A stretch of DNA of 63,896 nt, counting the filler, from Octopus bimaculoides (lineage: Eukaryota), in the NCBI RefSeq assembly GCF_001194135.2. It is 7 parts of 6 records of this genome, joined end to end, with 100 filler letters (N's around TTAATTAATTAA, not from the genome) between each part and the next. Parts side by side here need not be neighbours in the genome. Positions count along the whole stretch, not along the records: positions 1 to 16,741 come from NC_068992.1; positions 16,842 to 32,384 come from NC_068992.1; 5 more parts are not named here. One strand, given 5' to 3'. Positions 13,746 to 27,277 of this stretch are shown one piece after another. The notes beneath the pieces were generated by a model, which did no database searches, had not been told where the DNA came from, and worked only from the letters and a program-made list of their open reading frames with translations. Position 1 is the first letter of the stretch. The number at the start of each line of letters is the position of its first letter. Made by a program: the position numbers and the translations under genes.

Positions 13746-13814
13746 GCATATCTATATATGTATATATAATAATAGTGTGTCTGTGTGTCTCTGTGCATAT
13801 GCGTAGCTGTGCGA

Positions 13815-13900
13815 GAGGTCGATTTGCTCAACTAAACCGGCAATACGGCGATCCAGTATGGCCCAGTCCGATAACTAAAACATCCAGAAGAGTAAATACA
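13815..13900 (+). mobile_element. family B SINE 3' tail fragment
   Basis: GGTCGATTTGCTCAACTAAA...GATCCAGTATGGCCCAGTC matches the family B tail and follows a long (TA)n tract. Confidence 0.55.
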
Positions 13901-14577
13901 AAACGAAACATACACCAGACATGATTATTTTAAATTTCTTCTATGTTAATTTTACAATAATAAACATTATTTTACCTTCGTCTTGTATTAGAAATGTCTT
14001 TGTATATTTCTGATGATTCTGTATTTATTGCTTTTGAAGCAATAATTTTTCCTGCAGATTTTGACAATAAAGTATTTCTTTTTTTTTTTTGCAATAATTT
14101 TCCATAAATACTTTCTTCCTTTGGATAAGTTTCAGTTTCGACGATATTGTATGTTCTACTGCCTCATTATACTTCACACCAATCACGGCAAACTAACGAA
14201 TACGTTTATATACGCGTTCCGTCGCAAGTGATATCCTATTTCTGATTTTCTGCCATATCTCTCCAGAATAAATCTGGAACTATTCCAAACTGTCAAGATC
14301 TTACTATCTTTGAAAAGGTTCCACCCAGTGAATAAGCAAACGTTTCACTTTTAATTCAAATCAGCAAATATTTGAAATTTGATCAAACAATCTTTTTTTT
14401 TTCTTCTTCTGTCAAATATGTTATTATGTATTCTTAACCTTCCTTTCATTTCCAAGTCAGCTCTTCGTGTTTTCGTTCTCTTCGGATTTTCCTTCCATTT
14501 CCGCTAACGTTTTCTTTAACCTTTTGATCGCCCTATCTTTTTTTCATGCTTAAATAAATGTTTGCCTCATTTCAATG

Positions 14578-14578
14578 T

Positions 14579-14647
<69 letters not shown>

Positions 14648-14880
14648 CGCTGCTACTACTACTACAACTACTACTGCTACTACTAGCCATTGTCATTATC
14701 ACCATTATTGTCATAGCTATTTTATCATTGCTGTAGTTACCATCATCATCATCATCATCATCATCCTCATCGTCGTCGTCATCATCAACATCTTCATTAT
14801 AACTATTATCATTGTTGTCGTTATTGTTGTTGTTGTTGTTGTCATTATTGTTATTATTATTATTATCATTATTATTACTG
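14578..14880. repeat. compound trinucleotide microsatellite (ACT/GCT/CAT/GTT/ATT)
   Basis: Direct reading. Confidence 0.95.
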
Positions 14881-15934
14881 TGGGTCTGTGTCGTTTTCTA
14901 TTTGCCTTTATATATATATATATNNNNNNNNNNNNNNNNNNNNNNNNNNNNNNNNNNNNNNNNNNNNNNNNNNNNNNNNNNNNNNNNNNNNNNNNNNNNN
15001 NNNNNNNNNNNNNNNNNNNNNNNNNNNNNNNNNNNNNNNNNNNNNNNNNNNNNNNNNNNNNNNNNNNNNNNNNNNNNNNNNNNNNNNNNNNNNNNNNNNN
15101 NNNNNNNNNNNNNNNNNNNNNNNNNNNNNNNNNNNNNNNNNNNNNNNNNNNNNNNNNNNNNNNNNNNNNNNNNNNNNNNNNNNNNNNNNNNNNNNNNNNN
15201 NNNNNNNNNNNNNNNNNNNNNNATAGTACATTTATTCTTTTTTTGCATCCGACAAGAAACTATATTATTCCTGTCTCTGTCTCCTATTCCTAAGATTTCT
15301 TTTCATTTATTTAATTCCTAATTTTATTTTCTGTGACAGAGTTACAATACATGATTGAACCGTCAAATGAGAATGTAATGGCGACTATAAATTACATTTT
15401 ATTACAGTTTTTGTTTTCTATTCGGCCATTAATCATACACGTGTGATGTCATTGCTTTCAGATATAGGAAATAATGTTTCAAAAACAAAGAGCTCCTTCA
15501 GTGTTATTAGACAATTAGAGTAACATAAATAATCGACTATTGGTTTATTTTTTTTAACGGTTGCGACTATTATTCTGTGGTCAGGCTGGAGCATATCCTT
15601 TAGTCTAGGCTTTTGTCGTTTTCATCACAACCGTACTTATATCTACTAGATACTGTATTTTATCAACATCGTGTTTATCTTATCGATCAATGAATTTCAA
15701 ATTGGTAAAGTGACCCTGAATTTGAACTTCGTATGTGTAAATGAAATACAGGCATACCTCAGCTTACGTCGATCATTGGTTCCAATCATGCGACTTCGCT
15801 TCAAAAACGACGTAACAGGAAAATCATTTTAATAGTTGATTGTCTCATATCTGTTTCAATAAATGTTTTGTACACATTTTCAGAAGTATTTCATCCGATT
15901 ATCCACCTTAGTAGTTGCTTTAGATATTTTCTGT

Positions 15935-16741
15935 AAATGTTTATGTTCTTAAATGTTATGTTCCTAAATATTTATGTTATTAAATGTTATGTTCTTAAAT
16001 GTTTATGTTCTTAAATGTTATGTTCTTAAATGTTTATGTTCTTAAACGTTTATGTTCTTAAATGTTTATGTTAATAAATGTTTATGTTCTTAAATGCTAT
16101 GTTCCTAAATGTTTATGTCCTTAAATGTTATGTTCTTAAATGTTTATGTTCTGAAATGTTATGTTCTTAAATGTTTATGTTCTTAAATGTTTATGTTCTT
16201 AAATGTTTATGTTCTTAAATGTTATGTTCCTAAATGTTTATGTTCTTAAATGTTTATGTTCTTAAATGTTTATGTTCTTAAATGTTATGCTATTAAATGT
16301 TTATGTTCTTAAATGTTTATGTTCTTAAATGTTTATGTTCTTAAATGTTTATGTTCTTAAATGTTATGTTCTTAAATGTTTATGTTCTTAAATGTTTATG
16401 TTCTTAAATGTTATGNNNNNNNNNNTCTTAAATGTTTATGTTCTTAAATGTTATGTTCTTAAATGTTTATGTTCTTAAATGTTTATGTTCTTAAATGTTA
16501 TGTTCTTAAATGTTATGTTCTTAAATGTTATGTTCTTAAATGTTATGTTATTAAATGTTTATGTTCTTAAATGTTATGTTCTTAAATGTGTATATTCTTA
16601 AATGTTATGTTCTTAAATGTTTATGTTCTTAAATATTTATGTTCTTAAATGTTATGTTCTTAAATGTTTATGTTCTTAAATGTTATGTTCTTAAATGTTT
16701 TTGTTTTTAAATGTTTATGTTCTTAAATGTTATGTTCTTAA
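15935..16741. repeat. 15/16-bp minisatellite
   Basis: Interspersed units AAATGTTTATGTTCTT (16 bp) and AAATGTTATGTTCTT (15 bp) over about 800 bp, ending at a scaffold join. Confidence 0.97.
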
Positions 16742-16841
16742 NNNNNNNNNNNNNNNNNNNNNNNNNNNNNNNNNNNNNNNNNNNNTTAATTAATTAANNN
16801 NNNNNNNNNNNNNNNNNNNNNNNNNNNNNNNNNNNNNNNNN
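16742..16841. other. artificial scaffold-join spacer 44N-TTAATTAATTAA-44N
   Basis: The same 100-bp structure has its 12-mer at 16786, 32429, 47515, 55481, 61346 and 62648; the 12-mer has stops in all six frames. Confidence 0.95.
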
Positions 16842-16898
<57 letters not shown>

Positions 16899-17816
16899 GG
16901 AGAGAGAGGAGGAGGAAGAAAGAGAGAGCAGGAGAGAGATTTAGTGAGGAAGGGACAGAGGTAAAGAAAGAACGAGTGACAAAGGGAAGGAGAGAGAGAG
17001 AGAGGAAGAAAGAGAATGAGAGACTGAGAAAGTAAGAATAAAGAAAGACAAAGATGGTAGGGGAATATTGTAGAGTAATACTCACCTAAAATTTATAATT
17101 TAAGACGATCTATTTGATTTGAGAAACAGGAAGAAAAATAGGAAAATATATATAGAAGCAGTGGTAATATGTACGGTGAAACATTTATAACAATTAACCA
17201 AATTTCCTTGACAATAATTGTTTAATTTCACTAATGATTATTTTTAATCAATAAACACTCTTTATAATTGTAATTAGATAATTAGAAATAAGTCTACCAT
17301 GATTTCAGATCTTTAATTTATTTCATGTATAATGTTGAAACTCAACTAAATATTTCGAACAAATGCGTCGTTTCACTCACTCATATATGTACATGTGCGC
17401 GCACGCACGCCCACAAGCTCACACAAGATACATATATGCAATTACGCATGCACATAAACACACATAAACACATGGGGATAAATGTATATATTATACTCAT
17501 AGTACATATGTATACATGTGTCTATGAATTCATATTGTACGTTATATGCGTATGCGTGTGTTTATGTGGGAATATATCTACATGTATAATAACGCATGCA
17601 TTCATGTATATGTGCGTGTGTATGTATGTATGTATGTATGCATGTATGTATGTTCGTATGTATGTAAACTGGGTTGATAGTCAAAAGTAGAAGAAATACT
17701 TTTTTCGGTTTGATGAATAACTGAGACCAGGCAGAAGGTGATAACTCCAACAATTTGAGGAAAAAATGAAGGGAATAAAGCTTAGAAAACATCTGCCTAA
17801 TACGAACCAATGATAT

Positions 17817-17856
17817 ATACGACGTCGTTTCGGTGTGTTTTATGTCTCTTCAGTAA
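17817..17856 (-). ncRNA. degenerate hammerhead ribozyme motif
   Basis: Minus strand: CTGAAGA-GACATAAAACACACC-GAAAC-GACGTC-GTA. Core boxes and palindromic stem III (ACGACGTCGT) are present, but stems I and II are decayed. Confidence 0.45.
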
Positions 17857-18658
17857 ACTATATTCCTACGTTGCATCAACCAGGTGGCTTTAAAACTACC
17901 TGTATAAATTGCTTTGTGTTTGCATTCCGAATATATCAGTTACCTGATATTATTGCACATATAAAAACAATTCATAATTTAATATGTTAAACACATCGAA
18001 AAACATTTCTTATCTTATTAGTAAAGCTAATATCAGTTAATCGAATGTTATTAATTCATTCTATTTCATATTTAATATATGGTCTTCTTAATTAGCTCAA
18101 TCAGGCATTGTTAAATATTCTCTCAGACCTATTAATGATATTCTACCATGTCAGCTTTGCATGCAGTTCGTTCCTCACCTAAGCGCAAGTAATCTTTGAA
18201 AATTATTTTTGTTCAAAGCCAGTGCTTCAGTAAGTCCTGGGATCACAGGGTATACCACGTAAAATAATATATTGATTACTTCATTGTCTGGCATATAGCT
18301 GTTGTTTTTAAGAGCTGGCTGTAAAGATATGATGCTGTTTAATCATATAAACTAATTTTCACAAAAGTTTGGATTTGCTGAATATGTTGGAGTCACTCCC
18401 CGTGCTCTTTTTAAAACATACACAACTCTAGTAACAGTTAGGGTTCCAGTTGTGTTTTAGTCAAAAACATTTTAACTTCTTGCAGAGTTCGAGCCCACAG
18501 CAACATAATATCTCCTCCACTATTTAAGTATTACGTGTCAAAAGTGAAACAAAAACACTCATGTCAAATACTTTCACTTTAAAAATGAAACTATTCTACT
18601 AACTGAAACAATCACATTTCGATACTGTAATGACAGATACTTTCAGAGAGAAAGAGAA

Positions 18659-18707
<49 letters not shown>

Positions 18708-20102
18708 TGTATATGTATACATATAGATGTATATGTACACGTTATTCCACTAACTGAAACAATCACATTTCGATNNNNNNNNNNNNNNNNNNNNNNNNNN
18801 NNNNNNNNNNNNNNNNNNNNNNNNNNNNNNNNNNNNNNNNNNNNNNNNNNNNNNNNNNNNNNNNNNNNNNNNNNNNNNNNNNNNNNNNNNNNNNNNNNNN
18901 NNNNNNNNNNNNNNNNNNNNNNNNNNNNNNNNNNNNNNNNNNNNNNNNNNNNNNNNNNNNNNNNNNNNNNNNNNNNNNNNNNNNNNNNNNNNNNNNNNNN
19001 NNNNNNNNNNNNNNNNNNNNNNNNNNNNNNNNNNNNNNNNNNNNNNNNNNNNNNNNNNNNNNNNNNNNNNNNNNNNNNNNNNNNNNNNNNNNNNNNNNNN
19101 NNNNNNNNNNNNNNNNNNNNNNNNNNNNNNNNNNNNNNNNNNNNNNNNNNNNNNNNNNNNNNNNNNNNNNNNNNNNNNNNNNNNNNNNNNNNNNNNNNNN
19201 NNNNNNNNNNNNNNNNNNNNNNNNNNNNNNNNGTATAAAGAAGCGCCCTTTTGTTTAAGGAGACAGAATACCTTTTACATACTTAAAATATATCCTAGCT
19301 TCTATAAGAGCGAAATTACCGAGCATTTCCTGAAATTATTGGTGATACTTTGCGCCCCTCCCCCGCCACGGATCCTTCTGTATGCGCGAGTGTGTGTGTG
19401 TGCGTTATGCATGCATGTATGTACATGTGCGGACCTTTGCTGAATCATCCAATACTTCGCAAGTCAGAATTTCTCGCCATATGTAATGATTTATGCGATA
19501 ATACTAAGACAAAAAAATAAAAACACAAAAACGAAAACGGGAAAAACTCTCACGAGACAAGCACGAATATATTTTATATTTCTTTTATTGAGTACTTTTC
19601 TTTACTGAAGTATGTGTGCATACATGCATATATGGTGTGTGTAATAATCTCGTCGAAACGAATCTCTTTAAGATGTAAACTCCGTTGAGAAATCAGACCA
19701 TTTAAATAAATATACATTTACTATTTTCTTCACTTGTTATTCTAGACATCAGAAATGATATGAAACAGTCACTAAATTGTTGTAAACCTCCAAACAATAA
19801 CGCAATTGTTACATAACATTGAAATAATCAAGAAATTGTTTGGTTATGTTTGCAGGCGTTGTTTACAAATTTATACATGTATTTTGATATATTTTGTTTT
19901 GTTTTTCACTGTTTTTGAATACATTTCCATTATAAGAGAAAATTTGTTTTATCGACTAATGTTTTATTACCTTAAGGTTCATCTAGAATATTAGCCAATG
20001 AATTCTTACAATATTCGAGGGACATAAGCAATTTATTGCGCCAAATGGAACATAAATTACAAGTAATATATGTGTGCGCGTGTGTGTATGTGTGTGTATA
20101 TA

Positions 20103-21649
20103 CAGCCTTGGTAAAAATTATGGAGCAGGTATGATACAATAAAGAATATGATTGAAACTCATTTACTTAATAATTGAAAGCAGTATAATAAACATTCCAG
20201 AGTCTGTCTCATCGATAATTAGTACTTGATGTGTCCTCCGTTTGCTTTTATAACCACTTTTATGCGTGTTTCCATACTTCAGACAAAGTTTGCACAAGTG
20301 ACCGTGACAAGTGTCTGCCACTCTTCACTAATTTTGTCTTCTAATTCGCTTTTTGAAGAACGTTTTTGCACCCTCACTCTTGAACCTTAGTGTCACCACT
20401 AATGTTCAATGGGATTGAGGTCTGGAGACTGAAGAAGCCAGTTCATTACCCACATCCCTTTCTCCTCACCAAGCCAATGAGTCTCTGGATGTGAGGCATT
20501 GAGCAATGGCTTGTTGAATTATTATGTCACCTGGCATGATATCAGTGAAAATTTTAGCTAAGGAAGGTTGATAATCTTAGTATAATATGCTGGTTGGAAA
20601 TCATTCTGTCCGCACAAGTAAACAACATTCCTGGGCCTGAAGACGACATGTAGCCCACGAAAAGTACGCTTCCTCATCCAAATTTCATTGTTGGGACCAC
20701 ACATCCAGGACGATAAGCCTTCCCAACTCATAAACAGCTCCAATGGTCCCAAAGCTCTGAAAAGAAAAAAAAATACTGATTATTTTTGGTAGTCAATAAA
20801 AATTTGTACAGGTGTAAGAATTTCAGTATGCCTAGTAAAGTGGTGAAAATGAATGTGGAGAAGCTACATCAAAGTTACTTTCATGAGACCAAACAAATTT
20901 AGGCCAATCATCATCAGACCAATTCTCCATGTCCAAGACAATCGCTTATTCATGCTTACCTCAGGCAGAAACGGCTTATTACATTCTTTGAGCCCAGCTT
21001 CTAATAACCTTCTTACAGCATGAGTTGATATATCCTTGTTGGTTGCCACCCGAAACTGAGCAGCTACGTCAACAGAGACCTTTACCCTATCCGCCAGAGA
21101 TGTCCCCTGCAGCAACCTGTCTTCCCTTCTGGATGTACATTTTTGCAACCTCGTCCTTTACAAATTTTGAAAGAATTTGTTTCAGTGTACTTTTTGATGG
21201 ACATCTTTTCTTGAGCATTTCAACTTTTTGCTATTTCAACTTGGGAGATTCCTTCACTTGATAATGCAATGACTTGCGATCTTCGAGCTTTAGGAATCTA
21301 TTATTTTGGAGATATTTCCAACAAATATTAGCCACTGATAAGTTATCAATAAGATATTCAATGAAAGAATAAGAAATAACGTTAGATTATTGACCCAGCC
21401 ACTTTCATCAAAGTAGTCTCAAGTATGCAAAATCGCATTAAAGCGGTTATAAAAGCAATAGGAGGACACATCAAATACTTATTGTTGATGTGATAGAATC
21501 CAGAATGTTTATTGTAATGGTTTCATTTGTGGTGACACTTAGGTACAAGAGTGAAGGTGCAAAAGTATTCTTCAAAAACCAATTAGAATATGAGTTTCAA
21601 TCATATTCTGTATTTTTTCATACCTGCTCCATAATTATGGCCAAGGTTG
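20103..21649 (-). mobile_element. Tc1-family DNA transposon, decayed, with inverted termini and TA flanks
   Basis: TA|CAGCCTTGGTAAAAATTATGGAGCAGGTATGA at left and TCATACCTGCTCCATAATTATGGCCAAGGTTG|TA at right. Internal minus-strand transposase remnants. Confidence 0.9.
20219..21300 (-). pseudogene. Tc1 transposase pseudogene
   Basis: Fragments: CTSRREDRLL..ISTHAVRRLLEAGLK (HTH), ENWSDDDWPKFVWSHESNF (first catalytic D region), NWLLQSPDLNPIEH, SMETRIKVVIKANGGHIKY*. Many stops and frameshifts. Confidence 0.9.
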
Positions 21650-24192
21650 TATATATAAAGAAATTTAATATAAGGTAAAACTTGGGCTGTAAGCATATTT
21701 TCAGTAACAATAGTGGGAAATAGGACTCTCTAGGATATACTCTTGTGTATGCACACACATATACATATGTGCATGTCTCGTTTGTATATTTCTTCATTTT
21801 TATATTCCATCTCACTTACAGAATATATATATAATTTATGTCTGATTTTTTTATGGGGAAGCGTCAAAGTGAAAGTACATAAAGACACGTCTCTTATCTA
21901 TCTAATTTTAATTTGTCGACGTCAGTTTTATTTCCTCTCGGGATGAATAAAACAAGTAGTATTCATATAAAGGACAAGAATACAAGAAGTATAATCTACA
22001 CCTTCCAATGATTTGCGCTGTTTTATTGATGTTAGTAAACAATAAAATGTATGTACTGAATGTTGTTTCTAAGCTTACATGATTTAAGAAAAAAACAGGA
22101 ACAACTTTAGTCGCCATTCAAGATTAAAAAATATTATTCATATCCTTTCGGATCCCTTTTACTTTCTTTTCTTTTTTTTTTTTGTGAGCATTTCTCAGTC
22201 TCACCTTTGCAAGCGTATATAACATCTTGCTTTTTGATTGGTTTCACGTAAACATCTTACTTATGCATTTAAGCCGATTTGCTTCGCATGTATCTGCTTC
22301 TTTGTTGTAGTTTTACTAATGGTGTTCTTGTTATTATTGTTGCCATTTTAGTCGGTGTTAGTGAGGAGAAAAACATACATATTATGTGACGTGTCTGATT
22401 TAAAACAGTATCGTAGTTTATACTTTTTTTTTTATTAGAGTGCAACTGTGATAGGAAAAAAAAAATAATAAATTTTCTAGCAATTTCAGATACGAAGATC
22501 GTTCCAGAAGGAAATTTAACGGAGGGGTCGAATTCCACGTGATGTTTCAACCGACATTATGTTGGTTTTCAACCTCGATAGAACAGATCTAAGATCAAGC
22601 GTTTTCTAGCAATGATCATTTTTGACGCTTTCATTTTGCTATTTGTGTAGATGTTAATTATTAACAACAATAACATGCGCCATGATGAACATGGTTAACA
22701 AAAATTGTTATCGTGCAAGGGATACAGCATTGCTTCTTCCTTTGACTTACAGAAACTTACAGTGTTAGAAGTAAACACTCACAAGACAGTAGATTGGCAA
22801 AATCCATAGGGCGTCCAGAATTTTAAGCTTTGGGTTCAAATCCCACGGAAGTAAATTTTGAATTTCCTTCTTTTCAGAGCAATAAATTCAGAGACCTGTC
22901 AAGTACCGGGACGTTGTATGCATGGAAAATATATGTCTGAATATGTATATCTATATATCTATGTATATATGTATGTATGTATCTATCTATCTATATATCT
23001 ATCTATCTATCTATATATCTATCTATCTATCTATCTATGTGTATGTGTGTTTGTATGTTTGTGTGTCATTGTGTGCGCACTTATGTGTGTGTGTGAGAGT
23101 GTGTGTTAAAAAAAACTGTAAATATTCTACGCACGGCAGACATTAAGACCGAATACGTCCTGCCCTCAAAATCGCTGGCTATTTGCCTAAATTAGTAACA
23201 GTTATGACTAACCTCCTTACTACATGGAAATAGTAATATCAATATAGGATTTAATATTATGTCATGTTTAATGCTTAACAATACCGGAAATATTATGATA
23301 ATTCCCTTACATATATGTTATCCATACCGTATATCTCTTTCGAAATGCGTTATTTTCAGATGGTTGTTATTTTCACGAATATTCGGATCAATTTCCTAAC
23401 TTCTAATGTCTTCATTTCACATGGCGTAAATGAATAGCTTACAAACGATGTAACCGCAAATATATTATACTAAATTTCATTCAAGATGAAATTCTGTCAC
23501 AATTTTAGAAGTATATGCTTTGAAATTTTCATACTTTGCCACTCCTTTGATTGTTAGTAGAGACAGGCTGTCAAAGTACCTTCCTTCCTGCTCAGTAAAC
23601 CTAAAGTGTTTGCTTTACTAATCCTGATGCGATGTTTCTAGTTGAGTAAGAATTACCAGCTACCGAGGTAGCCAGATCCATGCATGAATATTTTCTTTGT
23701 CACATTATTTCTCTGATTATGGATTGGATTTTACCAGTTTCCGCTCTCTCTCCCCTCACTGAGTCCCCCCCACCATAACAATATACATCATTACAATATA
23801 CATCTATGCACACACATATGTGCGATTGAGTCTCTGTGTGCGTATATATATATATATNNNNNNNNNNNNNNNNNNNNNNNNNNNNNNNNNNNNNNNNNNN
23901 NNNNNNNNNNNNNNNNNNNNNNNNNNNNNNNNNNNNNNNNNNNNNNNNNNNNNNNNNNNNNNNNNNNNNNNNNNNNNNNNNNNNNNNNNNNNNNNNNNNN
24001 NNNNNNNNNNNNNNNNNNNNNNNNNNNNNNNNNNNNNNNNNNNNNNNNNNNNNNNNNNNNNNNNNNNNNNNNNNNNNNNNNNNNNNNNNNNNNNNNNNNN
24101 NNNNNNNNNNNNNNNNNNNNNNNNNNNNNNNNNNNNNNNNNNNNNNNNNNNNNNNNNNNNNNNNNNNNNNNNNNNNNNNNNNNNNNNNNNNN

Positions 24193-24243
<51 letters not shown>

Positions 24244-24267
24244 TAGAGAGATAGAGAGAGAGAGATG

Positions 24268-24306
<39 letters not shown>

Positions 24307-24714
24307 TAAATCGAAACATAGATGGAGATAGATAGATATGTATACGAATCATTGATTAATAAACCTATAAAAGCATATTTCTGAGCAAAATAGCTAAATT
24401 CATGCTGTGCAAATAAAAACATTTCATACAACTGAATGAAACGAGTTATTTAAATCATAATTCAAAATTATCCGAAGCCATATAAAATTTAATTTGGTTG
24501 AGAATATATTTCAGTCTTTTTAAGTAAAACCACGAGGAATCAAATACTTTGCTTTCTATAAATTAATTGCATTTTGCAGCAATCTTTCATCAAAATTTCT
24601 TTTTTTAATATTATGACGAAACGTAACCATAAAATAATAACAATAATCATTTCCATTATAGTTACAAAGTCTGAAATGTTTGGTGAGGGGACTAGTTGAG
24701 GACATTGGCGCCAA

Positions 24715-24950
24715 TGGTCAACTGGTACTTATTTTACCGATACCAAAAGGATGAAAGGCAAAGTCGATCCCGGCGGAATTTGAGGGGTAACTCGATCACA
24801 TCGACAGTAGTGCTCAACCTGACACTTATTTTATCGGCCTCGAAACGATGATAAAACAAAATTGACCTCGCCGGAATTTGAACTCAGAACGTAAAGACGG
24901 ACGAAATGCCGCTAAATATTTCGCTATAAGCGTCTACCACCTCGACGCTT
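24715..24950 (-). mobile_element. two adjacent family A SINE fragments
   Basis: AACTGGTACTTATTTTACCGA..AAGGATGAAAGGCAAAGTCGA..GGCGGAATTTGA, followed by a second more decayed copy ending GGAATTTGAACTCAGAACG. Confidence 0.75.
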
Positions 24951-24951
24951 A

Positions 24952-24991
<40 letters not shown>

Positions 24992-25104
24992 ATAATAATN
25001 NNNNNNNNNAATAATAATAATAACAATAACAATAATAATAATAATAATAATAATAATGGAATATTCTGGCTTAAAGTAGTCCAGGATTGTTGCCTACGTA
25101 GAAG

Positions 25105-25317
25105 CTACATGGCCAACTTCTCAACTATAGCAACCAAAAATGTGTAAGTAAACAACAGACAGAAACCATCGATCATACTGTCGGATTCTTGCATCCCATA
25201 AACTGAGTGTATGTCACGAGTCGCTTCGGCTGCAGAGTTTCCTTTTTTGTACTCATGAAGCATTATATGTCTTAAATGCTCTTTGGATACTACCATGTTA
25301 GAAAGGGTTTTAATCAA
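25105..25317 (-). pseudogene. mariner transposase N-terminal HTH remnant
   Basis: SKEHLRHIMLHEYKKGNSAAEATRDIHSVYG matches the mariner/Mos1 N-terminal HTH pattern; truncated. Confidence 0.8.
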
Positions 25318-25601
25318 AGTAATTTTAATTCCATTATTGTGTAAAATAATATTTAATTAGTTTAAATGTACATAAATGCATAAAAATAATTTTTAATTCC
25401 ATTAGATATTCTAAAATTCTATTAAATATCATTCAACTTTAAAAAAAGATAAAATCGGACAAGACTTATGGGAAGACCTGATATATATACATATATAGTG
25501 AGTTCAAACAAGAAAAACGACAAAACGCAAAAAAAAAAACAACGCGTGGACGTGATACAGATATTGAATTACTGGACGCCCAGGAAAGGAAAGAAAGAGA
25601 A

Positions 25602-25635
25602 TTTGATGTTTCGAGCGAAGCTCTTCGTCGGAAAA
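25602..25635 (-). ncRNA. degenerate hammerhead ribozyme motif
   Basis: Minus strand: TTT-CCGACGA-A-GAGC-TTC-GCTC-GAAAC-ATC-AAA. Core U4 is changed to C; stem II is perfect. Confidence 0.55.
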
Positions 25636-25995
25636 ATAGGAATTTCCAAAGAAGAGAAGACGTTGGAAGAAAAAATCGCTAACGATATACACGAGGTTAC
25701 ATTATATANNNNNNNNNNNNNNNNNNNNNNNNNNNNNNNNNNNNNNNNNNNNNNNNNNNNNNNNNNNNNNNNNNNNNNNNNNNNNNNNNNNNNNNNNNNN
25801 NNNNNNNNNNNNNNNNNNNNNNNNNNNNNNNNNNNNNNNNNNNNNNNNNNNNNNNNNNNNNNNNNNNNNNNNNNNNNNNNNNNNNNNNNNNNNNNNNNNN
25901 NNNNNNNNNNNNNNNNNNNNNNNNNNNNNNNNNNNNNNNNNNNNNNNNNNNNNNNNNNNNNNNNNNNNNNNNNNNNNNNNNNNNNNNNNNNNNNN

Positions 25996-26033
<38 letters not shown>

Positions 26034-26735
26034 TTTGTACATACACACGCATACATATGTAGATACACATATACCCAGATATGTGCTTTGATGCTCCACC
26101 ATGCAGTTTGTGTACCGCACATGTGTGAACCCTGATAAAAATTTACTCACTTTGTTAATAATGGATAAGTATTTGAATACACGATTTTGAAATTAAACTA
26201 TATTTTAACACAGTTCCTTAAAAATTATTAATTTAAGCTGATATCAATATTCTATTAAAAACATTATTTTATGCGTTTTATTTCTAATCATCCACTATTT
26301 TACGATAAAACTAAAAGGCGTCTATCTCGTTCAATTGAAAGGGAAATTGTGTCAGAAATTATCAATATTTTGTCATGTAAAAATAAATAATTTTCAAAGG
26401 AAAGTCTGTATTTTAGAATACTTCAGCACCGCTTGCTACACAATATAGATTATGTTAATTATGTTAGAAAACATGTACAACGGTTGAGTAAACAAAAGGC
26501 TTCTATTGATTTCCTTAAATATTTTCATGTTCTACATGACTGTAATTAAAACAGTCTGTATGCTTTTAAATTTCTGGACATCGAGTAAAATAGTGAGTAG
26601 CCATAGAAATCTGTACATTGATGTGAGGTTAAGGTTTGCGAAGAGATATGATTTATTTATTCATAAGTTTAATGAAGTGTATATGTATTTATACGCAAAC
26701 ACGCACACGAAATCAAATATTATTGATAGTATAGA

Positions 26736-27160
26736 GCAGGCGAGGATTTGTGGTAAGAATCTTGCTTCCAAATCACAGGGTTCTGCGTTCAGTCCCTCTA
26801 CGAAGCACATTGGGTAATATTCTTCTAGTATAGCTAACGGACGGACCAAAAACTTGTGAGTAGATTTGGTAGACGGAATCTAAAAGAACTCTGTCGTATG
26901 TATGTATGTATGTATGTATGTATGTATGTATGTATGTATCTATGTATGTATATATGTATAATTGGGGGTTAATGCCTTTGTCTATGTGTTTGTACTCCAC
27001 GACTGCTTTACCACTGGTTTTCATTTATTTACGTCCCCGTAACCTAGGGGTTCGGCAGTAGAAAAGGATAAAATTAGTACCAGGCTTAAAGTAAGTAATG
27101 TAGTCTATTACACAGATTAAATCTTTCGAGGCACTGCGCCAGCATTGCTGCAACTCAGTG
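26736..27160 (+). mobile_element. family B SINE with internal (TATG)n
   Basis: GTGGTAAGAATCTTGCTTCC..GGGTTCTGCGTTCAGTCCC head, TTGTGAGTAGATTTGGTAGACGGAA, microsatellite, ACGTCCCCGTAACC. Confidence 0.8.
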
Positions 27161-27190
27161 GTAGGTATATGTGTGTGTGTACACATACAT

Positions 27191-27277
<87 letters not shown>

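Noticed and set aside
16786-16797. Recurrent palindromic TTAATTAATTAA motif
   Set aside because: Always centred in exactly 44+44 Ns; it is an assembly spacer.
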